DNA of 58,613 nt from an uncultured Verrucomicrobiota bacterium (GCA_964535015.1 CAZHRU010000004.1:2716-61328); one strand, 5' to 3'; numbered from the stretch's first letter, positions 43,541 through 54,138 are shown. Numbers and translations are program-made. Notes: generated by a model from the letters alone, not told the origin.

Positions 43541-46435
43541 TTAACCCGGCATCTTGATCTTCAAAACCCTCCGAATGGCCTCCGCCATCTGGCGAAGCAC
43601 AATCGGCTTCATCAACATCTCCCCAACCCCGCTTTCCACCAGTTCATGCTCGGGCACTGTCTTGCTGAACCCGGTACAGATGATCACCGGAAGATCCTTC
43701 CGCACCTTGTGCATTTCCCTCACCATTTCTGAACCGGTCATCCCAGGCATCATCTGGTCGGTGATGACTAAATCATAGGCGTCGGGATTATTCTGAAACA
43801 GACTCAGCGCCTCGTGGCTCCCCCGGCACAAGACCGGCCTATATCCCAGCCCCGACAGCATCTGGTCCACCATAGTGACAATATCCACCTCATCATCCAC
43901 AAAAAGAATCGTCTCCGTCCCGCGCGGCAACGGCGCCGATGATGCCGCCGACAAATCAACATGTTGCGCGATCAGCGGCAGGACAATATGAAATGCCGTC
44001 CCCTTGCCAAGTTCACTCTCCACCTTGATCGTCCCGTTCAGACTGGTGACGATTCCGTGCACCACCGCCAGCCCCATACCCGTCCCTTCCCCGCTCCGCT
44101 TCGTCGTAAAGAACGGCTCGAATATTCGCTCCAAGGTCTGTTTATCCATCCCGATGCCTGTGTCACGCACCGTCAGATCCACATAGTCTCCCCGGCGCAG
44201 ACGCGATAGCGCCCCTCGCGTCTTGCCGTCAATCTTGACCGGCTCCAACGTCAACTCCAGAACGCCTCCCTGTTCCTTCATGGCATGGATGGCGTTGGTG
44301 CATAGATTCATTACCACCTGGTGCAATTGCGTCGGATCCGCACGGACAATATCCTTCTCACTCTTCAACTCACACCGCAGTTCCACATTGGAGGGAATGG
44401 AGCCTCTCAACAACGTGCGGACTTCACTGACGATAGTGCCGAGGCGCACCGGCCTCAACTCATTCTCCGACTGCCGGCTGAAGGTCAGGATCTGACGCAC
44501 CAACTCCTTGGCGCGATGACTGGCCTTCAGGATTTCCTCAAGACTGGACCGCAGGGTGGCATCCGACTCGCACACCAACAACCCCATCTCTGCGTAACCG
44601 ATGATCGGGGTCAGGATGTTGTTGAAATCATGGGCAATGCCTCCTGCCAGGGTCCCAATGGCCTCCATCTTCTGCGCCTGCCGCAGAACCTTTTCATTCT
44701 GTCGTAACGCCTCCTCGGTCCTCCGTCGTTCGGTAACATCCTGGATCTGGAAAAGAAACCCCTTGGGATTGAAGTCCTGATCCAATCCCAGGTTTGTCGC
44801 CAGCACATCGAAACGGCACCGCCCGGTCCGGTTCGATGGAATCTTTTCCCCTTCCCGCCCCCCCTCCAAACTCAACGTCCATTCGAACCGCACCGTCCCC
44901 CCCTTGAGCAGAACCGTTCGGGACTCCTCCGTAAGTTCAGGCACCGCAAACAGGTTCAAACGGCTGAACTGCGCCCGCTCACTGAACCCGAACATCGCCA
45001 ACGCCGCCTGATTGACGTCCGTGAGATGCTGACCCGCGTCATAAACAACCACGCCTATCGGCGACCGGGCAAAGAAGTCCTGAAATCGCCGCTCGCTTTC
45101 CTTCAACGCCTGCAACGCATTCCGGCGGCGGGTGATATCGTGGGCGGCACACATGACCACGGGGCGCCCCTCGAATGACAATAGACGGATCGTCGACTCC
45201 ACCGGAATCTCAGCCCCGGTTTTGGTCCGGAAGACCATCTCGACAATCACTTCCGAGACGGCGGCAGGAACGCCCTTTTGCTCCATCAGCGCCATATGCG
45301 CGGGACGCCCCCCACCGCCTCCCGCCTCAACATGCTTCGGTGAAAGGGCCAGCAACTCTTCCCGCGTGTACCCCAGCACCGCACACGCGGTTTCGTTCGC
45401 TTCCACGAACTTCCCCGCCTGATTCTTGGCATCCAACCCGTATACCAGGATCGCATCATGGGAGTAATTGAACAGGGTGCAGTACCAGTCCTTCCAGACC
45501 ATGATGGCCCGCTCCCTCTGCGCCTCCTCATCAAGATTCCGCTTCAACTCCTGATTCTTGGCATTGAGTCGCTCCTCCTCCCTCACCCTACGCTGATAGA
45601 TTCGGAACCCCACAACCGATAAGCCGGCCACCCCCAGAATCAGTCCGAACCCCATTAGCAAACCCACCACCAGGCCAGCACCCCTGCCCGGCAGAACCCA
45701 CTTGGCCAACGCATCTTGATAGGGCGACCGCTTGTCCGCCCGCAATACATTGAGCCAATAGTCCAAGGCCTCTATCAGGGTTCCATTCCGGTTCTTCGGC
45801 GCCGCCACCCGAAAATCCAGCGTCGTCGTGACCACCGGCGACTCCCGCACATCGTAATCTCCGGAATGACGGGCACCGTAACGGCCGTCAATCAACCCGC
45901 TATCCACTTGCCGCCGATCCAAGGCCTCCAGGATCTGGCTGTACCGCTGCATCTCGACAAACTCACACCGCACCCCCGCCTCACTCAACAGCGTCCGCAA
46001 GTTCTCATAGTGCGGATCGCCACGGACAACAGCAATGCTGATCCCCGCCAGGTCGTGCAGGGTTTGAATGCGGGCCGTCCGCGTCACGTAGATCCGCCCC
46101 CAGGAAGCCAGCATCCCCGTATGCGTCACATCGACCCGGGCAGGCTGACGGACAGGCCAGGGAACCGGCATCACCAGATCAAGCCCCCCCTGCTCCAACC
46201 GCCTCAGATTGTTCGCCAACGTGTCGGGCACGTAACGAATCTGCCACCCCTTGAGACGTGCCACATGATTGCATACCTCCACGGCCATCCCGTCAACGGT
46301 CTTGCCGTCAGGACTGATGACCACAAGGGGTTCCTGGGCGGACACCCCCACAGAAACCGCCAACCGTTCCGGGCTCCCTGCGGCCAAAGCACTCCACACC
46401 GCCAATAGGCTAAGCATGAAATAGGCTGTTCTCAT
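43541..46435 (-). CDS. Hybrid sensor histidine kinase (periplasmic solute-binding domain, 2 PAS, HisKA, HATPase, REC)
   Basis: AGGIAHDFNNIL, NLCTNA, DTGIGM, FFTTK..GTGMGL, LFVDDE, ITDQMMP. Confidence 0.95.
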   Translation of the reverse strand: MRTAYFMLSLLAVWSALAAGSPERLAVSVGVSAQEPLVVISPDGKTVDGMAVEVCNHVARLKGWQIRYVPDTLANNLRRLEQGGLDLVMPVPWPVRQPARVDVTHTGMLASWGRIYVTRTARIQTLHDLAGISIAVVRGDPHYENLRTLLSEAGVRCEFVEMQRYSQILEALDRRQVDSGLIDGRYGARHSGDYDVRESPVVTTTLDFRVAAPKNRNGTLIEALDYWLNVLRADKRSPYQDALAKWVLPGRGAGLVVGLLMGFGLILGVAGLSVVGFRIYQRRVREEERLNAKNQELKRNLDEEAQRERAIMVWKDWYCTLFNYSHDAILVYGLDAKNQAGKFVEANETACAVLGYTREELLALSPKHVEAGGGGGRPAHMALMEQKGVPAAVSEVIVEMVFRTKTGAEIPVESTIRLLSFEGRPVVMCAAHDITRRRNALQALKESERRFQDFFARSPIGVVVYDAGQHLTDVNQAALAMFGFSERAQFSRLNLFAVPELTEESRTVLLKGGTVRFEWTLSLEGGREGEKIPSNRTGRCRFDVLATNLGLDQDFNPKGFLFQIQDVTERRRTEEALRQNEKVLRQAQKMEAIGTLAGGIAHDFNNILTPIIGYAEMGLLVCESDATLRSSLEEILKASHRAKELVRQILTFSRQSENELRPVRLGTIVSEVRTLLRGSIPSNVELRCELKSEKDIVRADPTQLHQVVMNLCTNAIHAMKEQGGVLELTLEPVKIDGKTRGALSRLRRGDYVDLTVRDTGIGMDKQTLERIFEPFFTTKRSGEGTGMGLAVVHGIVTSLNGTIKVESELGKGTAFHIVLPLIAQHVDLSAASSAPLPRGTETILFVDDEVDIVTMVDQMLSGLGYRPVLCRGSHEALSLFQNNPDAYDLVITDQMMPGMTGSEMVREMHKVRKDLPVIICTGFSKTVPEHELVESGVGEMLMKPIVLRQMAEAIRRVLKIKMPG

Positions 46436-46520
46436 CACGCCACGACCCTTTCTTCGCCTTTCCTGCCCCCGCAAGTCGGATCAACTCAATAATCGCACAC
46501 AACCCACTGCCCGCATCACA

Positions 46521-47330
46521 TTACCGCTTACCTTCAAGTTGGGCAATGGCCCGCTTCATGCAAACCGCGTCAATCCGCCACTGCCCGGCCACATACCCTG
46601 CCAACAGGGCATTGTCACAGACGGCGTTGATAAGCCGCGGTATCCCCCCTGAATACCGATACGCCAACTGCAGGGCCTTGGGTTCAAAGATAATCCGTCC
46701 CCCAGCACCCGCCATCGCCAACCGATGCGCCACATACGGACCAATCTCACGCTCATCCAGGGGACCAAGATGGGCGCGCACGGTAATCCGTTGCCGCAGT
46801 TGACGCAATGCCGGATCCGCCAGTTTCTCTTCCAGTTCCGGTTGCCCGATCATCACAATCTGAATCAACTTCTGCCTCGTCGTCTCGAGATTGGACAAAA
46901 GCCGCACCTGCTCCATGACCTTGGGAGAGAGATTCTGTGCCTCGTCGATCAATAAGGCCACATTTTCTCCTGCCTCCATTTTCGCCAGCAGGAACTCGTT
47001 TAAGGTCTCCACCAACTTGAGCATGTCGTACCGTCCGGTCGTCAATCCGAAATCGTGCAATATCGCCCGCAATAATTGCGTCTCCGTCAGACAGGGATTG
47101 AGAATCAGGGCTGTCCTCACCGATTGCCCAAGTTCCGCGAGCACCGCCCGGCACAAGGTGGTCTTCCCCGATCCAACCTCACCGGTAAGCTGGATGAACC
47201 CCTTCCGCTCCCGTATGCCGTACATCAGATGATGGTACGCCTCGCGATGCTGCCGGGAAAGAAACAGATAATGCGGATCCGGCGTGATGTTGAACGGCGG
47301 CTCCTTGAGTTGGAAAAACTCAAGATACAT
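46521..47330 (-). CDS. ExeA/GspA-type AAA ATPase
   Basis: MYLEFFQLKEPPF, GEVGSGKTT, LLIDEAQ, IGQPEL, QLRQRI, GIPRLIN. Confidence 0.93.
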   Translation of the reverse strand: MYLEFFQLKEPPFNITPDPHYLFLSRQHREAYHHLMYGIRERKGFIQLTGEVGSGKTTLCRAVLAELGQSVRTALILNPCLTETQLLRAILHDFGLTTGRYDMLKLVETLNEFLLAKMEAGENVALLIDEAQNLSPKVMEQVRLLSNLETTRQKLIQIVMIGQPELEEKLADPALRQLRQRITVRAHLGPLDEREIGPYVAHRLAMAGAGGRIIFEPKALQLAYRYSGGIPRLINAVCDNALLAGYVAGQWRIDAVCMKRAIAQLEGKR

Positions 47331-47331
47331 G

Positions 47332-48144
47332 TCAGGCTTTGATCTTTAACTCACACGCGGCCGCCGGCTCCAGCACCCGGAATGTAAAGGATTCCGTGAA
47401 ATACAAATCCACGCTCTCTTTGTCCTGACCCTTGTACCCAATGGAGAGATCCTGCCCAACCGTCATCTCGAAATCACCGCCGCGCCGGGACAACACCACC
47501 CCTCCCTGCAAGGCAGGACTCCAATACACGCCCCCGCCGGCAATCGCATCAACCTGCTTCCTCAGCGGATACGCCTGCGGATCACCCACCTTGACCAACG
47601 CGTAGGGATCCGTACCCAGCACCAGGGCATACGGTCCGCCAATGCCGGACTTCTGGAGGGCAAGCACCGCCGCTTCCACCGCCTCCGTGAACGCATCCGG
47701 ATCGCCTCCCGCCAACGACACCGGCTTGTGGCTCGATGCCTCACCAATCCCCTTGATCCCCCCATCGCCAAACCCCTGATAGATGGCTGTCTCTTCGAAA
47801 ATCGCCACCTTCCTCGCCGCACTGATCATCGGATCCACATTGGGACTCCGCCCCCCGCGCGACACATTGTCCAACTCCCATACCTTGAGCGAAAAATGCG
47901 CACGGACTTCAATCAGATTCTGGGTCTCCCGCTTCCCCCAACTGACCCCTTTGACCGGCTCACTGCTTCCCACCCGCACACTGCCCAGATTCACCGCCGC
48001 CATTCCCCATCCATGCGGCCCACTGAAATCAACCAGACCGCGCGCCGAAAGATTTCCCTTCAGCACCCGCGCCGCCTGCGCGTCAATCTCTTTCCACGCC
48101 TCATCGGTAATCGGAGCAAAAGAACGTCGCAGCATGTCAGTCAT
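47332..48144 (-). CDS. Family 1 encapsulin shell protein
   Basis: LRRSFAPITDEAW.EID, VDFSGPHG, GIGGPYALV, GGDFE.TVGQDLSIGY, TESFTFRV. Confidence 0.95.
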   Translation of the reverse strand: MTDMLRRSFAPITDEAWKEIDAQAARVLKGNLSARGLVDFSGPHGWGMAAVNLGSVRVGSSEPVKGVSWGKRETQNLIEVRAHFSLKVWELDNVSRGGRSPNVDPMISAARKVAIFEETAIYQGFGDGGIKGIGEASSHKPVSLAGGDPDAFTEAVEAAVLALQKSGIGGPYALVLGTDPYALVKVGDPQAYPLRKQVDAIAGGGVYWSPALQGGVVLSRRGGDFEMTVGQDLSIGYKGQDKESVDLYFTESFTFRVLEPAAACELKIKA

Positions 48145-48208
48145 TGCAGTTCCTCCCTTTCAGCATCGCTTCCTTACACACATCACAACTCCAACCGTCC
48201 AGCCCGCT

Positions 48209-48544
48209 TCACTTCAGGGGCCCCACCCCGAGATCGACTCCACCATCCCGTCCACCCGCCGCCGCTTCAATCTCTGTCACAGGCTTGGTGGTGAAAAGAT
48301 ACGTCTTCATCGCCGCATCAAACGCCGGTTCGCTCCGCCTGAGCCACTCCAACAACATCACGGCATGTTCGATTTCCTCGTCGCGATTATGAAGCAGGAT
48401 GGCTTTGAGCGCCTCCTCCGTGGACTGGTCTGCCCGCTGCTGGTAATAATCCACCGCCTCCAACTCCTCCTGAAGACTGGCCAGGGCCCGATGAAGATGC
48501 CGCACTCCGTCCGTTACATTGGGTTCATTGTATCCACTGCTCAT
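48209..48544 (-). CDS. Encapsulin-associated ferritin-like protein
   Basis: HRALASLQEELEAVDYYQQR...HNRDEEIEHA.MLLEWLRR; C-terminal DLGVGPLK targeting-type peptide. Confidence 0.93.
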   Translation of the reverse strand: MSSGYNEPNVTDGVRHLHRALASLQEELEAVDYYQQRADQSTEEALKAILLHNRDEEIEHAVMLLEWLRRSEPAFDAAMKTYLFTTKPVTEIEAAAGGRDGGVDLGVGPLK

Positions 48545-48648
48545 ACGTACCCTTTCCTGAAAACCACTGGAAGTTGTGCCCTCTGCCCCGTAACTATCGC
48601 CCAAAAACAACCCCACCACAAGAATGAACTTGCCGCCGGGCGCATCTC

Positions 48649-48849
48649 TTACCCCGACTTCACAGGACGAATCTCCCAGTACCTGCACCCTTTGTCCACT
48701 TGATACGCGGGAATCGCCTTGTTGGACTGGTTGAGTTTGACGGAGAAATAGGTGCACCTCCCCAGGAAGGCGGCCCCCCCGATTTGCTGATACGCGCAGG
48801 TCCAGCACGCTTTCATCACGCTGGACGCCGATTCCAGGTTGGTCTTCAT
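48649..48849 (-). CDS. Small four-cysteine protein
   Basis: 66 aa, CWTC...GRC...GCRYW; co-oriented upstream of the ferritin/encapsulin pair. Confidence 0.5.
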   Translation of the reverse strand: MKTNLESASSVMKACWTCAYQQIGGAAFLGRCTYFSVKLNQSNKAIPAYQVDKGCRYWEIRPVKSG

Positions 48850-48972
48850 GGCCGAACATCGTGCCAGAGCATCCGCCGATTGAAAAGGGGCAAAAAGAAA
48901 AACGTAAACATCTTGTCAACCTGACCCTTACAGCCTAATATGGCTTCGTTGGCACAATGCGGGGGAGCGTTT

Positions 48973-49827
48973 ATGCCTGACGTAAAACATGTAGTAAGAT
49001 CCGCCTTGGGAGCGGGAAAATGGTTCCCGGCGGACCGCCTTGAACTGGAAACAGCGTTGCAGACCTGTTTCGAGGATTCCATTGTCCCTCCAATCAAAGG
49101 CCGTGTCGTCGCCATCATCTCTCCCCATGCCGGCTACCAGTATTCGGGGCCTGTCGCCGCCACCGCTTATAAGGCCGTCCAGGAGAACATCGAATCATTC
49201 CACGCCCCCGACGTCGCGATCGTCCTCGGATTCGGCCACCGTGGCAGTTTTCGCGGCATCGCCCTTATGGACGGCACCTCCTTTGCCACCCCCCTCGGCC
49301 AGACCCCGCTCGATAGCGAGGCCGCCGCCTTCCTTGTCAGCGCCGACCCACGTATCACCGTAGACTACCGCCCTCATATCGGCGAACATTCCGCCGAGAA
49401 CCAGATCCCCTTCCTCCAGACAGTCCTCCCCAAAACCCCACTGGTCATCGCCCTCATCGGTAGTCACGATGCCGCCCTCATCGATGCGTTAGCTGCCGCA
49501 CTCCAGAAACTCTCCCGCAAGAAATCCCTCCTCGTCGTGGCCAGTTCCGACATGCTCCATGACCCGAATTACGAACTGGTCCGCAAAATCGATCAGGCCA
49601 CCCTGAAAAAGGTGACCGCCATGGACACAACCGGCATCCTGAAATCATGGAATTATACCCAACAGGTATTCTGCGGCATCGCCCCCGTAATCACCGCCAT
49701 GAAGTACGCCCAGCAACAGGGTTGCCTCAAAGCCACCCTCCTGCGATACCGTAACAGCGGCGACCAATTCCCGGAAAGCCGCGGACAATGGGTAGTCGGT
49801 TACGGTGCCATCGCCTTCACCGTGTAG
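48973..49827 (+). CDS. amrB: AmmeMemoRadiSam system protein B (MEMO1 family)
   Basis: AGKWFP, PHAGYQYSG, EHSAENQIPF, ASSDMLH, CG, NSGD...VVGY. Confidence 0.9.
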   Translation: MPDVKHVVRSALGAGKWFPADRLELETALQTCFEDSIVPPIKGRVVAIISPHAGYQYSGPVAATAYKAVQENIESFHAPDVAIVLGFGHRGSFRGIALMDGTSFATPLGQTPLDSEAAAFLVSADPRITVDYRPHIGEHSAENQIPFLQTVLPKTPLVIALIGSHDAALIDALAAALQKLSRKKSLLVVASSDMLHDPNYELVRKIDQATLKKVTAMDTTGILKSWNYTQQVFCGIAPVITAMKYAQQQGCLKATLLRYRNSGDQFPESRGQWVVGYGAIAFTV

Positions 49828-49943
49828 ACCAAACCGACAACTCTCCCTTTCGCGTGTTTCGCGATTTTCACAGTTTCCCTGTGTCCTCGTGATATTTTCT
49901 TCTGGATTCCGTCCCCTTAATCCTTGATTCTACTGCCATTGCC

Positions 49944-50753
49944 ATGCCAACCATCGCCAACCATCTTCGCGTTACCCTCGTCCAGATCAGCGCCGATGCC
50001 GACCTGCAGGCCAACCTCGGAAAACTGAAGCACCTCCTTTCCGGCATCGGCAACACCGATGTCATCGCACTCCCCGAAGTCTTCGCCATGCGGGGCAGCA
50101 ATCAGGACTACCGCGACCATGCCCAGAACATCTCCGGACCTCTGGTCAACTTCATGGCCTCCATCGCCCATCGCCACAACGCCTGGGTACTCGCCGGCAG
50201 CATCATCGAATCGGCCGGCCAGGGATTGTACAATACCAGCGTCCTCGTCAACCGTCGCGGCGACGTCCACGCCTGGTACCGGAAAATGCACCTTTTCGAG
50301 GCGGAAATCGAACCCGGTCAGGTCATCCGCGAAAGCGACACCTATCAGGCTGGCGATGCGCCCGTGATGACGGATCTGGACGGTTGGCAGTGCGGACTCG
50401 CCATCTGCTACGACGTGCGCTTCCCCGAACTCTTCCGCCACTATTCATCCAAGGGCGCCCACCTCTTTTTCATCCCCGCCAACTTCACCCAACGTACCGG
50501 CAAGGATCACTGGGAAGTCCTCCTGCGCGCGCGCGCCATCGAAAACCAGTGCTTCGTCGTCGCCCCCAATCAGTGCGGCACCAACCCCCGTACCAAAGTC
50601 GAAAGTTACGGACACAGCATGGTCATCGGGCCTTGGGGTGATGTTATCACCATGATCGAGGATGGCGACAACGCCGTCACCGTCACCCTCGACATCCATC
50701 AACTCGACCAGACCCGTCGGCGCGTACCCGCCCTGTCGCATCGGAAACTCTAA
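49944..50753 (+). CDS. Carbon-nitrogen hydrolase (Nit1/deaminated glutathione amidase-like)
   Basis: [46 protein letters not shown]. Confidence 0.92.
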   Translation: MPTIANHLRVTLVQISADADLQANLGKLKHLLSGIGNTDVIALPEVFAMRGSNQDYRDHAQNISGPLVNFMASIAHRHNAWVLAGSIIESAGQGLYNTSVLVNRRGDVHAWYRKMHLFEAEIEPGQVIRESDTYQAGDAPVMTDLDGWQCGLAICYDVRFPELFRHYSSKGAHLFFIPANFTQRTGKDHWEVLLRARAIENQCFVVAPNQCGTNPRTKVESYGHSMVIGPWGDVITMIEDGDNAVTVTLDIHQLDQTRRRVPALSHRKL

Positions 50754-50777
50754 CCCTCCCGCCCGCCTCCCCCCTTC

Positions 50778-52031
50778 ATGACAACACCCTCCACCGAATC
50801 GTTTACCGTTCTGGTCACCTGCGGCCGCGGCATCACCCCCTTTCTCAAACAGGAAATCACCGCCCTCGCTCTTCCCATCCTCCGGGAATTGGAGTCCGGC
50901 CTCGAACTCCAGTGCGCCATGCCGGACATCATGCGCCTGAACCTGTCGCTCCGCACCGCCAACCGCGTGCTTCTCCAACTCTCCAAAGGAAGGGCCCGCG
51001 ACGCCAATGAACTCTATCGCCTCCTCTACGAACTCCCCTGGGAAACCCTCATCCCTGTGGACGGCTACTTCACCGTGGCCTCTCACGTGGATACCCCCGC
51101 CATCCGCGACAGCCGGTTCGCCAACGTCAAATGCAAGGACGCCATTGCCGACCGCTTCCGCGAGAAACTCGGCCGCCGCCCGGACTCGGGCAATGAACGG
51201 TCCGGTGCCGTGGTCTTCCTCCACTGGGTCGGCGATCAGGCCACTCTCTATCTCGACACCTCCGGCGAGTCCCTCTCCCGGCGCGGCTACCGCAAGATCC
51301 CCCTGGAGGCCCCTATGCAGGAATCCCTCGCCGCCGCCGTGGTCATGGCCACCGGCTGGCAGGGAAACAGTCATTTCATCAACCCCATGTGCGGTAGCGG
51401 AACCTTGGCCATCGAGGCCGCCCTCCAGGCCCAGGGCCGCGCCCCTGGACTCCTCCGCAGCCAGTATGGATTCCTCCATCTCAAGGATGCCGATACCACC
51501 TTGTGGCAACGCATCCGCTCGGAAACCCGCGCCATGCCTAAACAAAAACTGGAAGGACGCATCATTGCCTCCGATAACCGCCCCGAAGCCATCGAAGCCG
51601 CCCGCCAGAATGCACGCACCGCCGGTGTCGAACAACTGATCGAATTCCAAGTCTGCGACTTCGCCGATACCCCCATCCCCCCAACTCCCGACACCTGCCC
51701 GCCAAACGGCGAAACGTCCGGTGTCATCATCCTTAACCCGCCCTACGGCGAACGCATGGGCGATGTCGCCGCACTGGAACCCCTCTACCGCCGCATCGGC
51801 GACTTCTTCAAACAACGATGCCAGGGCTATCACGGCTACGTCTTCACCGGCAATCTGGATCTCGGAAAAATGACCGGCCTGCGCTCGTCACGAAAAGTTC
51901 TCTTCTTCAGCGGCAACATCGAATGCCGCCTCCTCGGCTTCAAACTCTACGCCGGCTCCAAACGCCAATCCAAACAGGCGGAGGGCTCCGATCATCCTGT
52001 GCATCCTGTAAATCCATGTTCACCGGCATGA
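50778..52031 (+). CDS. THUMP-domain RNA methyltransferase (RlmL-like)
   Basis: LRTANRV, KDAIAD, DTSGESLSRRGY, PMCGSGT..IEAA, NPPYGER. Confidence 0.92.
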   Translation: MTTPSTESFTVLVTCGRGITPFLKQEITALALPILRELESGLELQCAMPDIMRLNLSLRTANRVLLQLSKGRARDANELYRLLYELPWETLIPVDGYFTVASHVDTPAIRDSRFANVKCKDAIADRFREKLGRRPDSGNERSGAVVFLHWVGDQATLYLDTSGESLSRRGYRKIPLEAPMQESLAAAVVMATGWQGNSHFINPMCGSGTLAIEAALQAQGRAPGLLRSQYGFLHLKDADTTLWQRIRSETRAMPKQKLEGRIIASDNRPEAIEAARQNARTAGVEQLIEFQVCDFADTPIPPTPDTCPPNGETSGVIILNPPYGERMGDVAALEPLYRRIGDFFKQRCQGYHGYVFTGNLDLGKMTGLRSSRKVLFFSGNIECRLLGFKLYAGSKRQSKQAEGSDHPVHPVNPCSPA

Positions 52032-52050
52032 ACCCGGAACCCTGAACCCT
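51994..52050. repeat. 27-bp element copy 4 followed by heptamer array (GAACCCK)x3
   Basis: atcctgtgc atcctgtaa atccatgtt at 51994-52020; gaacccg gaaccct gaaccct at 52030-52050. Confidence 0.8.
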
Positions 52051-52054
52051 CCCC

Positions 52055-53281
52055 ATGCCCTCACTCCACATTGACCAAGTCGCGTTCGGCGGCCGCGGCA
52101 TCGCCCGCCACGAAGGCAAAGTCTGCTTCATCCCCGGCGTCTTGCCCGGCGAAACCATCGAGGCGGAAATCACCAAGGACCGCGGCGACTTCTGCGAAGC
52201 CCGTGCGCTCTCCATCCTGGAGCCGGGCCCCGCACGAACCCCCACCGCCTGCCCCCTCGCCCTCGCCATCCCCACCGGCACCCGCCGCCATCCCACCGCC
52301 GGCACCGTAGTCTGCCCCGGTTGCTGCTATCAGCACATGACCTACGCGGAAGAACTGCGCATCAAACAGAACCACCTCTGTTCCCTGTTGGAACGCCAAT
52401 CCCCCGGTGCCTCCGCTCGCTGTAATCCTGCCGTCGCCTCCCCTCTCACCCTCGGCTACCGCAACAAGATGGCCCTCCACGTCACCAAGGATCCACAGGA
52501 AACCCGGCTGGGTTATTTCATGGATGACAATACCACTATCGTGGATATCCCCGCCTGTCCATTGGCCATGCCGCCCCTGAACGACTGCCTCGCCGAACGC
52601 CGCGCCTCCTCCTCATTCATGCACGGCCTGCGCGATGGCATGACCATCACCTTCCGCTGGACCGAACGCTACGGAGCCGTCTGGTGGCGCGGCCGCGCGG
52701 CCGAGAACGATGTCTGGTTGATGGAGGCATCCCCGATCGGCCCCTTGAGTGTGCCGCGCAACAGTTTCTACCAGACCAATCCTGCCGTCGCCCGCCTGCT
52801 CGTCGCGGAAGTCAGTCGTCTACTCGCCAACGACCACCCCGAACGCGTCGTGGATCTCTATTGCGGCGTCGGCATCTTCGCCCTCGCCGCCGCCCAACAG
52901 GGAATACCGAAGGTCATCGGCCTGGATGTGGATGGCCCTGCCCTCAAGGCCGCCGACCACAACGGCAGGAAACTGGGATTCTCAAACATCCAATGGATCA
53001 CCGGTAGCGCCAACAAGACTTCCCTGACCCACCTGGGCAAAACAACAGACACCACCGTCATTGTAGATCCCCCGCGCACCGGACTGGGCCGTGCCATGGT
53101 CCAGGAACTGATCAAACTGGCGCCGCAACGTATCCTTTACATTTCCTGCGCCGCCGACACCATGGCCCGCGACGCCGCCTGGCTTATCGAATCCGGCTAC
53201 TCCCTCCGCCAATCCCAGGTCTTCGACATGTTCCCCCGCACCCCTCACTTCGAATCCCTGACAGAACTGGTCGCCCCCTGA
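52055..53281 (+). CDS. 23S rRNA m5U methyltransferase (RlmD/TrmA family)
   Basis: TRAM-like N-terminus, CPGCCYQH, YRNK, SFYQTN, DLYCGVG, VDPPRTG, YISC, DMFPRTPHFE. Confidence 0.92.
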   Translation: MPSLHIDQVAFGGRGIARHEGKVCFIPGVLPGETIEAEITKDRGDFCEARALSILEPGPARTPTACPLALAIPTGTRRHPTAGTVVCPGCCYQHMTYAEELRIKQNHLCSLLERQSPGASARCNPAVASPLTLGYRNKMALHVTKDPQETRLGYFMDDNTTIVDIPACPLAMPPLNDCLAERRASSSFMHGLRDGMTITFRWTERYGAVWWRGRAAENDVWLMEASPIGPLSVPRNSFYQTNPAVARLLVAEVSRLLANDHPERVVDLYCGVGIFALAAAQQGIPKVIGLDVDGPALKAADHNGRKLGFSNIQWITGSANKTSLTHLGKTTDTTVIVDPPRTGLGRAMVQELIKLAPQRILYISCAADTMARDAAWLIESGYSLRQSQVFDMFPRTPHFESLTELVAP

Positions 53282-53284
53282 CCG

Positions 53285-54070
53285 TCAACCCTTGCCCTTT
53301 CCTCCCAACGCCGCGCTTAATTCCCTGACCAGCGGCGCCAATCGCCCCTCATTCGCCGCCGCCACCATGGCGCTCCCCACCACGACGCCATCCGCACCTT
53401 CGGCCGCCACCTTGGCCTGACTCCCATTACTCACCCCAAACCCAGCCACCAACGGCAACGCTGTGGCCTTGCGGAGCAATCCCAAATGCTCGGCCACTCC
53501 CGTCGCCACTGCCGCCCGCACCCCCGTCACCCCCTTGACCATGATATAATACACGAACCCGCGCGCCCCCTTGAGAACCTTGGCCATCCGCGCCGCATCC
53601 GTCGTCGGCGCAATCAGGGGAATGAAATCCACCCCATACCGATCCAGGTGCCCCCGCAATTCACCCGATTCCTCAAACGGCAGATCCACCACCAGCAAGG
53701 CATCCACCCCCGCCTCCGCCGCCTCCCGCGCCACGCGTTCATACCCGTGCACAAACAGCGGATTCACATACCCGAATAGAACGATCGGCGCGTCATAGTC
53801 CTTCCGCAACCGCCGCACCAATTCAAGACTCTTGCCCAACGTCATCCCCGCCGCCAGGGCCCGCCGCCCCGCCGCCTGAATCACCGGCCCATCGGCCGTC
53901 GGATCCGAGAAGGGCACCCCCAACTCAAGAATATCCACTCCGTTGTCCAACGCCTCCCGGCATCGCGCCTCCGAAACGTCCACCGTGGGGTCACCCCCCA
54001 CCAGAAATCCAACCAGCGCCTTCCGCCCTTCTTTCTTCAATCTCGTAAACGTCGCTTCAATCCGATTCAT
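53285..54070 (-). CDS. trpA: Tryptophan synthase alpha chain
   Basis: LELGVPFSDPTADGPVIQ, GVTG, GFGVS, DGVVVGSA. Confidence 0.96.
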   Translation of the reverse strand: MNRIEATFTRLKKEGRKALVGFLVGGDPTVDVSEARCREALDNGVDILELGVPFSDPTADGPVIQAAGRRALAAGMTLGKSLELVRRLRKDYDAPIVLFGYVNPLFVHGYERVAREAAEAGVDALLVVDLPFEESGELRGHLDRYGVDFIPLIAPTTDAARMAKVLKGARGFVYYIMVKGVTGVRAAVATGVAEHLGLLRKATALPLVAGFGVSNGSQAKVAAEGADGVVVGSAMVAAANEGRLAPLVRELSAALGGKGKG

Positions 54071-54096
54071 GTAATTTCTCCATCTGGACTCTGTCC

Positions 54097-54138
54097 AAGG
54101 TCTAAGGTCTAAGGTCTAAGGTCTAAAGTCTAAGGTCT
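54097..54138. repeat. Heptamer array (AAGGTCT)x6 overlapping trpB stop
   Basis: aaggtct x4, aaagtct, aaggtct. Confidence 0.92.

Noticed and set aside
48545-48919. 125-aa N-terminal extension on the encapsulated ferritin
   Set aside because: Family similarity begins at MSSGYNEP (48544), which has a purine-rich RBS; the extension overlaps the small Cys ORF in another frame
50445-51833. Long antisense ORFs (also 8513-9604, 20115-21164, 23009-24091, 26646-27710, 37610-38653, 54264-55382)
   Set aside because: Shadow frames opposite well-supported genes, expected from GC-rich codon bias; no recognisable motifs
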